A stretch of 62,994 nt of DNA, filler included, from Octopus bimaculoides (lineage: Eukaryota): NCBI RefSeq assembly GCF_001194135.2. It is 5 parts of 4 records of this genome, joined end to end, with 100 filler letters (N's around TTAATTAATTAA, not from the genome) between each part and the next. Parts side by side here need not be neighbours in the genome. Positions count along the whole stretch, not along the records: positions 1 to 15,484 come from NC_068982.1; 4 more parts are not named here. One strand, written 5' to 3'. A program made the position numbers and the translations under genes. Numbering within the stretch: position 1 is the stretch's first letter; each line of letters starts with the position of its first letter. Positions 1 to 11,464 of this stretch are shown here, one piece after another. The notes below the pieces were generated by a model, which saw only the letters and a program-made list of their open reading frames with translations, was not told the origin of the DNA and did not search any database.

Positions 1-203
1 CTTGAATATAATGACACCAGTGGATTCATATAAAGCTAGAAGAGTAGCGGAAAGGGCAGGACATGCTCTCGTCCGTGAGAGGATCCATTACAACCGTTGG
101 AACGAAGGCTGGAGGGTATATCAGCCGAAACGTTGTGTTAACAACAAACAAGATGAGGACAAATATCCGTCAAAATGTAAATAATGTAAATAATGTAAAT
201 AAT
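1..203 (+). mobile_element. 3' end/pLTR fragment of a probable Penelope-like retroelement with hammerhead-like motif and (TGTAAATAA)3 tail
   Basis: GGCTG(107-111)/CAGCC(122-126) hairpin, then GAAAC and a GTTG/CAAC hairpin. Ends in a 9-bp tandem tail at 176-203. This layout matches PLE termini. Confidence 0.5.
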
Positions 204-205
204 TC

Positions 206-289
206 CCGCTAGGTTACGGGGACGTAAACACACCAGCATCGCTTGTCAAGCGATGTTGTGAGGGGACAAACACAGACACACAAACATAT

Positions 290-322
<33 letters not shown>

Positions 323-455
323 CGACGGGCTTCTTTCAGTTTCCGTCTACTAAATCCACTCAGAAGGCTTTGGTCAGCCCGAGGCTATACTAGAAGGCGC
401 CACGCAGTGGGACTGAATCCAGAACCATGTGGTTCGTAAGCAAGCTACTTGCCGC
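206..455 (-). mobile_element. SINE family A (tRNA-derived, internal microsatellite), 3'-truncated
   Basis: Reverse-complement match to the copies at 61631-61840 and 62594-62994 (GTAGACGGAAACTGAAAGAAGCCCGTCG; CTTGACAAGCGATGCTGGTGTGTTTACGTCCCCGTAAC). Confidence 0.9.
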
Positions 456-605
456 ATATGCAATATTTTAAGTAAGCACTCATTAAATACACAAACTTAC
501 ACATACAAGATGTAACATACATTTTATAAATGCATCCCTTACATCTATAAGTGCTTGACTAATGACTGAGTGAAACAACTAAAATATATATATATNNNNN
601 NNNNN

Positions 606-647
<42 letters not shown>

Positions 648-1332
648 ATATATCGTTTTCTTTTTTCAGTCATTAGAGTGCGGCCCGCTGGTGCGCCATA
701 TATGAATAGCTATTGCCGTATAATACTCAATGCAAATACACGAAGAAAAGCCAAACTAATTGTATTCGTCCGGAGATAGTGTATCGCATGGACACGTTGT
801 AATTAGCCGACTGGCTGAATGAAAATCTTTTATGTTCCAAAAAAGCAGGTGGCAAATAAAATAGCCAACCGTGAGTCATACTTAATGTGAATACTATCTC
901 CTAACAAATGCTACAATTAATTTGGCTTTCCCTGACGTATTTGCACTGACGTATTAAAATTATTGAAATTCTGTTTTACTAAGGTTGTCCTTCCGTCTAT
1001 TTACAGATAGCATTGTGCTATTTTTTCCATTCACTACCTTTATATAGCCTATATGTAACCTTTTGAGGTCAAAAAGACGGATGAACTTAGTAAAGGCTCA
1101 AGGGCTATCTAGCAATAACACGGGTCCTCAGAAATTCCGGGTCAGTATCTTGAGTGCCGGAAGACCACTGGGTATGAGGCATCCCTTGCTATTGTTAAAG
1201 CAAGTCTCTAAGACCCGCTTCAAACCCAAGGCTACACCGGATCCGATAATCGGCAATGACTTGCTCATCGAATCTTCTGCGACGGTCGACAATCGACGTC
1301 AAGATGAGGCGCTACGGATCACACTATCGTGA

Positions 1333-1570
1333 AGGAGCGTAGCTCAGAGGTTAGAGTGTTGGTTTCGACCGTAAGATTGTGGTTTCGATTCCTGATCCGG
1401 GTGACACGTTGCGTCCTTGAGTAAAACACTTAATTTCACGTTGCTCCATTCCACTCAGCTAGCAAAGATGAGTACTCCTTCGACGAAATGGCGTCCCGTC
1501 CAGGTAGGGAATATATATGCTATGAAATGGCCCTTACGAGTCGGCATGAAACAAGAAGATAACTTTACCT
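1333..1570 (+). mobile_element. SINE family C (tRNA head, V/CORE-like GTCCTTGAGTAAAACACT block, TGGCGTCCCGTCCAG 3' block)
   Basis: A-box-like TAGCTCAGAGG at 1340-1350 and B-box-like GGTTTCGATTCC at 1381-1392. Blocks shared with 9321-9610, 29826-30125 and 37100-37220. Confidence 0.7.
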
Positions 1571-1717
1571 ACATTATCCCAAAGTGAGTATGCATGTAAC
1601 AGTAGACCACATGTGTATTTGTACTCCCACTGAAATTCCGAACAGGACTGGTCAGAGCCGATTCAATGCACCCAAGGTGAATACTTGTCGCAACTACACG
1701 TAATATATATAATAATG

Positions 1718-1921
1718 TTTTCTTAGATTTGCACAAGGCCAGAAATTTAGAGGCGAGTGTTAATCGCTTATGTCGGTTTGTATTTGATTAGTACTTCCTT
1801 TTCTTCGATATCGAAAAGATGAAAGACAAATTCAACATGAACTTTGGATCGTAAAAGCCTCTAACTAAATACCGCAAGCTACGCAATTTCACACTCTACC
1901 GATTCTGCCAGTTTGTCACTT
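1718..1921 (-). mobile_element. SINE family B, diverged copy
   Basis: GCACAAGGCCAGAAATT ... GAAAAGATGAAAGACAAA ... CGATTCTGCCAG aligns with the reverse complement of B copies such as 9924-10091. Confidence 0.7.
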
Positions 1922-2018
1922 TGAGCATCAGTGGTTAACCATAGTTCAGCTCGGTCAGAACTACGTAAGACGAAACAACAAAAACAGCAACAACAACAAC
2001 AACAACAAAAATGATAGT

Positions 2019-2161
2019 TGTGGCTGAGTGGTAAAATGTTTGCTTCCCAGCCACATGGTTCTATGTTCAGTCCTACTGACTGGCAGGTGTCTTCTACTCT
2101 AGCTTGGGGCCGACCAAAGCCTTGTAAGTAGATTTGGTAGGCAGAAACTGAAAGAAGGCCG

Positions 2162-2219
<58 letters not shown>

Positions 2220-2436
2220 AAGTGCTCGTGTGTTTGTGCCTGTGTTTCTCCTCCACTACCGATTGACAACTGGTATTGATTTATTTAACTTCCCGCAACC
2301 TCGCAGTTCAACAAAGAGCTGACCGATAGAATAAGTGCCTGGCTTAAAAGTATAATAAACACCGGGGTCGATTTGTTTGATTAAACCTTTCAAAGCAGTC
2401 CCCTAGCATGGCTCAAGTCTAATGACTGAAACAAGT
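2019..2436 (+). mobile_element. SINE family A, near full length with internal (TG)n
   Basis: TGGCTGAGTGGTAA head, GGCCGACCAAAGCCTTGT, (TG)n at 2167-2216, CCGATAGAATAAGT, and tail GTCTAATGACTGAAACAAG. Confidence 0.85.
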
Positions 2437-2450
2437 CCATGAGAAAGCCC

Positions 2451-3008
2451 ATGAGGTCAATTGCAAAAGATCTCCATGTGTCAGAAGGAACAGTCAGAAA
2501 TGTTGTCCACGAAGAAATCAGATATAAGTCTTATATGATGAGGAAAGGTTAATTTACCAGAAAAAGCAAAAGAAAACCACTACATCAGATCTAAAAGGCT
2601 CTTAAACAAACTGAAAATTCCAGCAGAAGATTTGATTTGGTTTTTCTCAAACGAGAAAAACTTCGACCAAGATAAAAAGTTGACAGAAGAAATGACAGAT
2701 GGTTATGTGCAGACCCTTCTGAAGTTCCACGTGTTATATATACAAAATTTCCTGCAACTGTCATGGTTTTAGGGGTTGTCAGCAATGAAGAATATGTGAT
2801 GTCTTCTTACTTCTTTCCACAAGGCCTTAGAGTTAACTATGCCGCCTACAAAGAGGTCCTGGAAATAATTGTTAAGCCCTGGATAGACAGTATATGCAAT
2901 GAAAGACTCTGCACTGCCATGGCTCAGGTAACACAGGAATGGATGGTTGAAAATTTTCATGATCACATAACTCCTAACATTTGGCCTTCAGTTTCTCCTT
3001 CAGTTTGA
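2451..3008 (+). pseudogene. Degenerate Tc1/mariner-superfamily transposase, maT/DD37D-like
   Basis: Across stops and frameshifts: MRSIAKDLHVSEGTVRNVVHEEIRYKSY (HTH), IWFFSNEKNF (first catalytic-D region), RRNDRWLCADPSEVP..KFPATVMVLGVVSNE..FFPQGLRVN, and QEWMVENFHDHITPNIWPSVSP (decayed WPPNSPDL). The second-D region is deleted. Confidence 0.85.
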
Positions 3009-3125
3009 GGAATAACTAAAATCACAGGGAGCAACTTCTGGACTGTAGGGAGAATGAGGGACAGGTTTGATGTTAAGTAGTTGATTACCAGGATGCTTGA
3101 ACAAATTTTTCACAAATTTTGGATA

Positions 3126-3417
3126 TACTCTTTTACTCTTTTACTTGTTTCAGTCATTTGACTGTGGCCATGCTGGAGCACCGCCTTTAGTCGAGGAGCA
3201 AATCGACCCCAGGACTTATTCTTTGTAAGCCTAGTATTTATTCTATCGGTCTCTTTTGCTGAACCACTAAGTTACGGGGATGTAAATACACCAGCATCGG
3301 TTGTCAAGTGATGTTGGGGGGACATAGACACACAAACACACACACACACACACACANNNNNNNNNNNNNNNNNNNNNNNNNNNNNNNNNNNNNNNNNNNN
3401 NNNNNNNNNNNNNNNNN

Positions 3418-3452
<35 letters not shown>

Positions 3453-3616
3453 CGACGGGCTTCTTTCAGTTTCTGTCTACCAAATCCACTCACAAGGCTT
3501 TGGTCGGCCCGAGGTTATAGTAGAAGACACTTTCCGAAGATGCCACGCAGTGGGACTGAACCCGGAACCATGTGGTTCGTAAGCAAGCTACTTACCACAC
3601 AGCCACTCCTACGCCT
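3126..3616 (-). mobile_element. SINE family A, full length (N gap inside its microsatellite)
   Basis: Close reverse-complement match to 62594-62994 from head to (ACTCTTTT)n tail. Confidence 0.95.
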
Positions 3617-4153
3617 ACGTTCAAATCTTCATGAATAATCCTGTGTACAGTTACCACACCAACTCCAAACTGTATGTTTATGATCTTTGTAGACACACAA
3701 TCGTCTTCATCCAGAAAAACTGCAAGTTTTTTCAACCAACTCTGATGTTCTGACTCCTTCCCTCCTATTCCCCCACACTCTCATCGTTTCTCATCGTCTC
3801 TCATCTTTTCTCTACCATCCTAGAACCTCTTTAGCCAGTGAAAAAGTTAATCCATAAGCAGTAGCCTGGAGCATTTCATAAGTTTCTGTAGCGTTTTAGC
3901 CCAGTTTAGCATAAAACTTTGTTACATAGCAAGCTTCCAAAATGTCTTCAAGTCCCGACTGTATTCTGCAAACTAGTCAGCTGTGACAAGCAGTGTTTAG
4001 CAAGGTGTGTTCAGTGTTGTTACAGCCGTCTCCTTCGATCTAGAATACCAAAAATTGGTAGATTAGCTTATTAGATGTATAGTAGTGACATACCAAAATT
4101 ACAATAACTGCCTCTCCTAATAAAATCTCAAAACTTCTGGAATGCATCTCGTA
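3617..4153 (-). mobile_element. Mariner-like DNA transposon 5' portion (TIR plus N-terminal HTH transposase relic)
   Basis: Minus strand reads CYVTKFYAKLG*NATETYEMLQATAYG ... FLDEDDCVSTKIINIQFGVGVVTVHRIIHEDLNV (mariner HTH). TIR-like TA-CGAGATGCATTCCAGAAGTTTTG ends at 4151 with TA at 4152-4153. Truncated by the SINE at 3126-3616. Confidence 0.75.
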
Positions 4154-5186
4154 TGATAAAGTTGGTCTTAGCTTTATATGTATATATGAATTATTCATCT
4201 ATTATAATTCAAGTTCATATGAAACTATTTAATCTTTGAGATTTTGATTTTGTATTATGTCACGTTCAATCTAGACCTTTATCATAATTTAAATTGATGA
4301 TATACATGACTTGCATCTTAAAACTTGTTTCATTCTCAAATATGTGAAAAACAAAAAACACAGTGACTACGTAGAATCCCAGTCTTCCCTGATCGATCAT
4401 ATTTATTATCAAAGGTACTCCAACTATGACCATCCCGTCTCTTGTTTTCTTTGTGCATGGACTGTCCCAGACTACATTATCCCATGTAAATGGTATTACC
4501 TATTCCTGAATACATTATGATAAAGGATGATTAATGAGAGACGTAGTTGTTATTCCTAGTAGTTCATGCTACCACGTAGATGCTCCTTTCTAGACTCGAC
4601 GTGGTGTATGTAAAATGCTTGGATCACCATCAAGCTTTTTGCACAGTAATTCTCTAGTCGTTGTGCGGTTGCTAAGTAAAAGGCATTCGGTGCTATCCAT
4701 CAGCAGTACAGTCAAAAAACAACACCGATACACAGCATATAATATGCACTCGTGTATAAAAACCCATTACCTCCAAATGAAATATAACATTCCGATTAAA
4801 GGCAATCGTTTTCACCTGGTCAGTCTATCTAATATTAGCAGCAGAAGCTAAACCAGATGCTCAAGAAATCATTAAATTAATTCCATCTGTTGTTGATTTC
4901 CGGTGAAAGCAGAATTCAGATGATTGTTCAATACTATTTTACATCCCACCCTATTTCAACTTATCCCTTTAGCATAAACATCTATCAAAATCTCCTTTCA
5001 CACATGCAACTTTGTTGTTAATTAGATAAATCATATCCAACTTCTCAGCAACTCTATGAATTTCTCTTCTTATAAGTATATATATTTCCCTATATCATTC
5101 CAATCATCGCTTTAATTTACGGAAAATTAATATTTTCATAACTTTATTGTAACTATAGAGTGTAAATATATTTCGAGATAATTACT

Positions 5187-5913
5187 TCAAATTTTAACGC
5201 AAACCCAGCAATTTCGATGAGGGATAAGTCGATTACATCAACCCCAGTGCTCAACTGGTACTTATTTTATCGACCCCGAAGGGTCGAAAAGTAAAGTCGA
5301 TCCCAGCAGCATTTGAACTTACAATGTAAAACAGGAAGAAATTTCGCTAAGCATTTTGTCCGACGAAGTAACGATTCTGCTAGTTCACTATCTTCAAATA
5401 TATTATATAACAACATTCTTTATTGTAGACAGATGACCTGAAATTTCGGGGAGGTGAACTAGTGGCTTACGTAAACCCCAGCGCTTGAATTGCATTTATT
5501 TTATCGATATTTAAGGAGTGAAAGATAAAGTCACCCCCGGCGGAATTTGAAATCAGAACGTAAAGACGGAGAAAATGCTGCTAAGCATTTTGTCCGGTGT
5601 GCTAACGATTCCACAAGCTCACCGCCTTGTATATGTGATATAATATTTTCAATTCCAGCCATCTTGCTAAATAACAGAAATCCAGGTGGTTACTACTTTT
5701 ACTATTTCAGCTTGTACAGTTGGCACGCCGGGCCAAATACGTAGTGGCATTTCATGTCTTTACGTTCTGAGACCAAATTGCACCAGGTAGACTTTGTAGT
5801 TCATCCTTTCGGGATCAATAAAATAAGTACCAGTAGAGTACTGGAGTCGATGTAATCGACACTGCCCACTGCCCCGAACTAGCTGGCCTTGTGCCAAAAT
5901 TTGAAACCACTAT
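5187..5913. mobile_element. Cluster of three SINE B copies: 5187-5394(-), 5415-5628(-), 5708-5913(+)
   Basis: Each has the B blocks (GCTAAGCATTT, GAACTCAGAACG/TTTACGTTCTGAG, ATCGACCCC, GGCCTTGTGCC). Confidence 0.85.
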
Positions 5914-5919
5914 TTTATA

Positions 5920-6140
5920 GCTTTTTCGTCACTGGACTGCGACCATGCCGGAGCAGCACCTTGTATGGTTTGTCGAAAAAATTGAGCCCACTTCTTATTT
6001 TGAGTCAGGTACTTATTATATCAGACTCTTTTACTGAAGAGTTAAGCTACGGATCGCAAACAAACCAACACTGGTTGTCATTGGTGACAGACAAGGACAA
6101 ACACAAAGACACACCCCACAAATACGCACAGACACACACA
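5920..6140 (-). mobile_element. SINE family A, 3' half, diverged
   Basis: GACTGCGACCATGCCGGAGCAGCACCTT ... GTACTTATTATATCAG ... GGACAAACACAAAGACAC. Confidence 0.7.
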
Positions 6141-6328
6141 TACTGTATATATATGTATATATATGTTCCCGTTCCTTTTTTGCCCACGTTTTTTTGACGT
6201 CCTGTGCCCGGATATGCATCTATATATACATGTAGATGTAGGTATGTACATATATGTATGTATACATGCATATGCTTATATATCATTTGTATTATATTAT
6301 CGAACGCTACGCGTCCATTTGCAAGTAA

Positions 6329-6374
<46 letters not shown>

Positions 6375-6477
6375 CATAACATATATATATACATATATAT
6401 AATATTGTATACATATGTATTGTATATATATATATGTATATATAATATTACATAATATCATATATTGTGAGAGAGAC

Positions 6478-6945
6478 ATACGAAATGCTGCTAAGCATCT
6501 TGCCAGGCGTGGTCACGATTCTGCCAGCTCACCGTTTTAAACACGGTAAATGCTGATTTCAAATTTTGACACTAACCCAGCAATTTCGGGGAAGGGAGTA
6601 AGTCTACTACATCGATCCCAGTGCTCAATTTGTACTTATTTCATCATCTCGGACAATATGAAAGACAAAGTCGACCTCGGCGTAATATGAACTCAGAACG
6701 TAAAGACGGACGAAATGCCGCTAAGCAGTATACCCGGCGTGCTAACGATTCTTTTCTCCTATAGGCACAAGGCCTGAAGTTTGATTATAACGACCCCAAT
6801 ACTCAACTGGCATTTAATTTATCGACCCCGAAAGGGTGAAGTCAAAGTCGACCGCGACGGAATTTGAACTCAGAACGTAGCGGCAGACGAATTTCGGCTA
6901 AGCATTTCGCCCGGTGTGCTAGCGATTCTGCCAGGTGGCCACTTT
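6478..6945 (-). mobile_element. Tandem stack of three SINE B copies (6478-6540 partial, 6555-6752, 6753-6945)
   Basis: Repeated GCTAAGCA...CGATTCTGCCAG, ATCGACCCC and GAACTCAGAACGT blocks. Confidence 0.85.
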
Positions 6946-7204
6946 AAACAACGGTAAAAATCAAAGGGTGAAATAGTGCAGTTTATGTGCTAAGAATTCA
7001 AATTTGCAGTGGCAATTTCGTTGTTTCGGAAACAGAACACTTTAATTCTACGAAAGTTATATCTCAATACCGTGATGGAATTGCAGTCATAGTAGTCTAC
7101 AGTCACTAGAAACTTTACAAATATCCTTAGTGTCGCAAATAACTTAATTTTATTTGCTGTACTTGTCTGGCGTCCTGCCCAAAGGGATGTTAATCTCTCT
7201 TCAG

Positions 7205-7267
7205 CTAAACTCTACGAAAATAAGGCGTTACATTCCGTCCCTCAAGACATCTATGAATCGGGAAAAG
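7205..7267 (+). CDS. Candidate 63-nt phase 1-1 coding exon (xKLYENKALHSVPQDIYESGK), product unknown
   Basis: Acceptor TAATCTCTCTTCAG| and donor AAG|GTTAGC. Length divisible by 3, open frame, non-repetitive context. No homology recognised. Confidence 0.3.
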
Positions 7268-9320
7268 GTTAGCTTTAATCATGAAACCTAACTTTGAATA
7301 TCATGAAATATTAATACAAATTTAATAAACTTTCAATAAAATTTAAAGAACATTATACAAAATAAAACACGCACACCCATACTCATACACAACCCCCCCC
7401 CTCTCTCTTTCTCTTGCTCGCTCTCTCTAGAGACGATTGTTATGACCCTCACCTCAGACAATAAGAATGTTCTCCAGAGTATAACTGCAATTTCTGTTTT
7501 TTGACAACCGTCTTTATGTTAACGTCTCTTGTTTCCAAAGACATTTACAATGCATGAACATAACGGAACGTGACAAGGATAGGCAAGTACACATAGAAAC
7601 AAGTATAATACACTAAAACAAAATGAACATTACTTTTTAGTTGCTTGAGACTTACTCAAGTTATATANNNNNNNNNNNNNNNNNNNNNNNNNNNNNNNNN
7701 NNNNNNNNNNNNNNNNNNNNNNNNNNNNNNNNNNNNNNNNNNNNNNNNNNNNNNNNNNNNNNNNNNNNNNNNNNNNNNNNNNNNNNNNNNNNNNNNNNNN
7801 NNNNNNNNNNNNNNNNNNNNNNNNNNNNNNNNNNNNNNNNNNNNNNNNNNNNNNNNNNNNNNNNNNNNNNNNNNNNNNNNNNNNNNNNNNNNNNNNNNNN
7901 NNNNNNNNNNNNNNNNNNNNNNNNNNNNNNNNNNNNNNNNNNNNNNNNNNNNNNNNNNNNNNNNNNNNNNNNNNNNNNNNNNNNNNNNNNNNNNNNNNNN
8001 NNNNNNNNNNNNNNNNNNNNNNNNNNNNNNNNNNNNNNNNNNNNNNNNNNNNNNNNNNNNNNNNNNNNNNNNNNNNNNNNNNNNNNNNNNNNNNNNNNNN
8101 NNNNNNNNNNNNNNNNNNNNNNNNNNNNNNNNNNNNNNNNNNNNNNNNNNNNNNNNNNNNNNNNNNNNNNNNNNNNNNNNNNNNNNNNNNNNNNNNNNNN
8201 NNNNNNNNNNNNNNNNNNNNNNNNNNNNNNNNNNNNNNNNNNNNNNNNNNNNNNNNNNNNNNNNNNNNNNNNNNNNNNNNNNNNNNNNNNNNNNNNNNNN
8301 NNNNNNNNNNNNNNNNNNNNNNNNNNNNNNNNNNNNNNNNNNNNNNNNNNNNNNNNNNNNNTATATATATATACATATATACATATATATATATATATGT
8401 ATATATACACCACACAAAATACGCACTTACAGACACGCACATAGGCATGGTAAACAACATGTTTACATTATGTATGTACGCATCTACGTATGTATGTACG
8501 CATCTATGTATGTACGTACTTATATGTAATTTCATAGTTCTGTTTGCCATTACTTGTCACTGTAATAACAGCAATGTCTCAAGGCCAGGTTGTGGTAAAA
8601 GGAGAAAATATCCAACAGAAACAAGCGATTATCAAACTGAAATGAAAAGACAAAACTATGTTGTGTGTTCCGCATAACTTGAGCCTTTTTTAACCTCATT
8701 TCATTTAATCCAAAATGAATTGCTTTCTTTATTGTCTGAAATGGCTCAAGTACTTAGTTCTAATCCAGTCTAAGACTGTTTCCTTTGTATCAGCAATGTT
8801 TTCTTAAGGAATTACCCTGAGTTTGTTCGATGTTAAAAGAAAATTATTGAATGCTCTAAAGTTAACTTAAATGTTTTTTGTGCTATTCAAGTGCACAGAC
8901 ATGTTGTTGTTCTCAGGTATAGTACACCCAGAATGACTTTGTTTCTCCATTTTAAAGACGATTTGCTACGATATGGGGGTGGATATTTAGCTGCTGTGTC
9001 CGGCAGTTTCAAGTGATTACTTCGAGAGTTTCACGTTGGTTCAAATGCAGTAGGTTAATTAGAGGAGGTTTCCTTCAAGAATTAGAAGGAAAAAAAGGCT
9101 GTAAACAAAGAAAAGATGAGATTTGGATTAAATTCTACATATAGTTAGATCTAACTTTATTTAATGAAATTGATAAAAGAAATAAACTAAAATGTTTTAA
9201 ATGACGGGAGATATTTTAAACAGATGGTTGTTTCTGTATAATATAAGTTACTGGTTTTTGTGGGTTTATTGCATGGAACTGTAACTTTTGCTATAATTAT
9301 AAAGTTTATTTCTTCAGTGC

Positions 9321-9610
9321 GAAGACGCATGGCCAAGTGGCCAGGGTTTTGCACGCAAGATCGTGGTTTCAATTCCTAGACTGGGTGATGTGTTGTGCTC
9401 TTGACTAAAACACTTCATCTAACGTTGTTCTACGATCACTTCGACACTTGACGCGTGGTACACCGTGTACCTGTTCAGGCAACGTCGATTTGATGGAGAC
9501 AGTGAGCTAATGTACAGCACATGCATTTGATCATTATAAACAAATCATTTGTGCAGGTCGTCCGGCAAAAGCTGAACACTCATACGTCGTCTTGGCAGAA
9601 GAGTGCATCA
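9321..9610 (+). mobile_element. SINE family C-related element (tRNA head, different 3' body)
   Basis: TGGCCAAGTGG A-box, GGTTTCAATTCC B-box, and CTCTTGACTAAAACACTTCATCT similar to 1412-1436. Confidence 0.6.
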
Positions 9611-9918
9611 TTGTTTCTTCAGTATCAATTAATTAGACATCAAGATGATGTTTTCTTCTTTAGGTGTTAGACCCCAACCAAATTTGTTGGAAGGTTATAG
9701 ACAAATATATTGATTCCAGTATTTTACTGCTACTTAATTTTATTGAAAGGTACTTAATTTTATTGACAAGCAAAGTTAATCTCAGCGGAGTTCGAACTCA
9801 GCAACCAGGTGTTAATATAATAAATTTAAGTGAATACTATGTTGGACGAAATTGCTCCATCATCCTTCTAAAAATTTAGTTTCTAAAAGTATTTCTCATG
9901 CTTGCAATATTTACATTG

Positions 9919-10330
9919 CAGGAAAGGCGGAGAGCTGGCAGACACGTTAGCGCGCCGGACGAAATACTTCGCGGTATTTTGTCGACCGTTACGTTCTCAG
10001 TTCAAATTCCACCGAGGTCGACTTTGCTTTTCATCCTTTCGGGGTCGATAAATTAAGTACCAGTTACGCACTGGGGTCGATGTAATCGACTTAATCCTTT
10101 TGTTTGTCCCCTCTATCTTTAGCCCCTTGTAGGCAATAAAGAAATAAGAAACGTTAGCACGCCGGGCGAAATGCTTAGCCGTATTTCGTTCTGAGTTTAA
10201 ATTCGGCTGAGGTCAACTTTGCTTTTCATCCTTTCGAATCGATAAATGAAGTCTCAGTTGCGTATCAGGGTCGATCTAATCGACTGGCTCCCTCCCCCAG
10301 AATTTTGGGCCTTGTGCCTAGAGAGAAAAG
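9919..10330 (+). mobile_element. Dimeric SINE B (complete monomer, linker, head-truncated monomer) flanked by a 13-bp direct repeat
   Basis: Monomers at 9924-10091 and 10148-10330. AATATTTACATTG occurs at 9906-9918 and 10331-10343. Confidence 0.9.
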
Positions 10331-10680
10331 AATATTTACATTGTAAGAACGTTTCTGATACGTCATAAAAGATCACTCTTATATGTACAGTTCAGACGAA
10401 CAACTTTGTCTGAACTAACAAGCTGTTAGATAGCCGTTGAATCTACTGAGTTCATCTGCTCTTTTATTGATTTTGTTTTATGGCCAGCAAAGAGTTCAAC
10501 GAAAACCATGGTATTTACCAAGCATGCTTGTAGGGTTGCCGGTTTTGTTGTATATTGTACTGGGCTACATGTTACCAGTAGCACTAAGAGTAACATGGCA
10601 TAGATACATACATACATACATGGTGGTGCACCAGCATGACCGCAGCCACCTGGCTAAAACACATAAATAANNNNNNNNNN

Positions 10681-10720
<40 letters not shown>

Positions 10721-10899
10721 CCGAAATATGTAGTATTATACATCCACCACGGCTGATCTTACCAATCGGTTTCGTGCAATGAATACAATGGAGCGTTAGG
10801 TAACAATCGGATTACATAACATTACGCACATCAGAGTTAGTCGTTATGGAAGCGGGGTGCTGAAAAATTTCTAGCTTTGGATACTTAAAAATGAAAGAC

Positions 10900-11464
10900 A
10901 TACATACATACATACATGCATACATACATAAACACACACGCATACATACATACATACATACATACATACATACATACATACATACATACATACATACAAG
11001 AGAAAGAAAGTAACTATGGACTACTGCTTCGAAACCACCAGCTTCTATACCTAGATAAATTCACATTTTTATTAACAATAACTGTTGCACTTGGTTTTGT
11101 GAGTAAGTATCTAAGTGGTAATCTGGCGTTTTCAGAAAAAGAAATTATCCAGATAACTCACACGTTAAACTATAATCTGTAAGCGGAACAGTAAAAATAT
11201 ACAAGACTTCCTCAAGTTTAACACGTGACAATGCTTTTGCTATCTACTCTCCAACGATGGTGCTTTGTATCTGTGTCTCTGTTACACACCAACTCTTTCT
11301 TTACACGAAGATTTCAAATAATTAGAAATAGACGAGAACTTACACACACACACACACACACACACACAAAGCATACATATATATATACATCAGGCATACA
11401 TGCATGCATGCATGCATACATACATACATACATACATACATACATACATACATACATACATACA
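10900..11464. repeat. (TACA)n microsatellites at about 10900-10995 and 11400-11464, plus (CA)n
   Basis: Direct inspection. Confidence 0.95.

Noticed and set aside
1063-1332. 89-aa ORF in GC-richer unique sequence, also largely open on the opposite strand
   Set aside because: No recognisable motif or splice signals, and it stops at a SINE boundary. Possibly an old TE fragment but unassignable.
7630-8550. Long ORFs (250-420 aa) across N gaps here and at 13.6-14.6, 18.6-19.7, 24.8-25.7, 26.6-29.0, 45.7-46.3, 49.9-51.0 and 53.5-54.6 kb
   Set aside because: They consist almost wholly of X residues from N gaps plus microsatellite translations.
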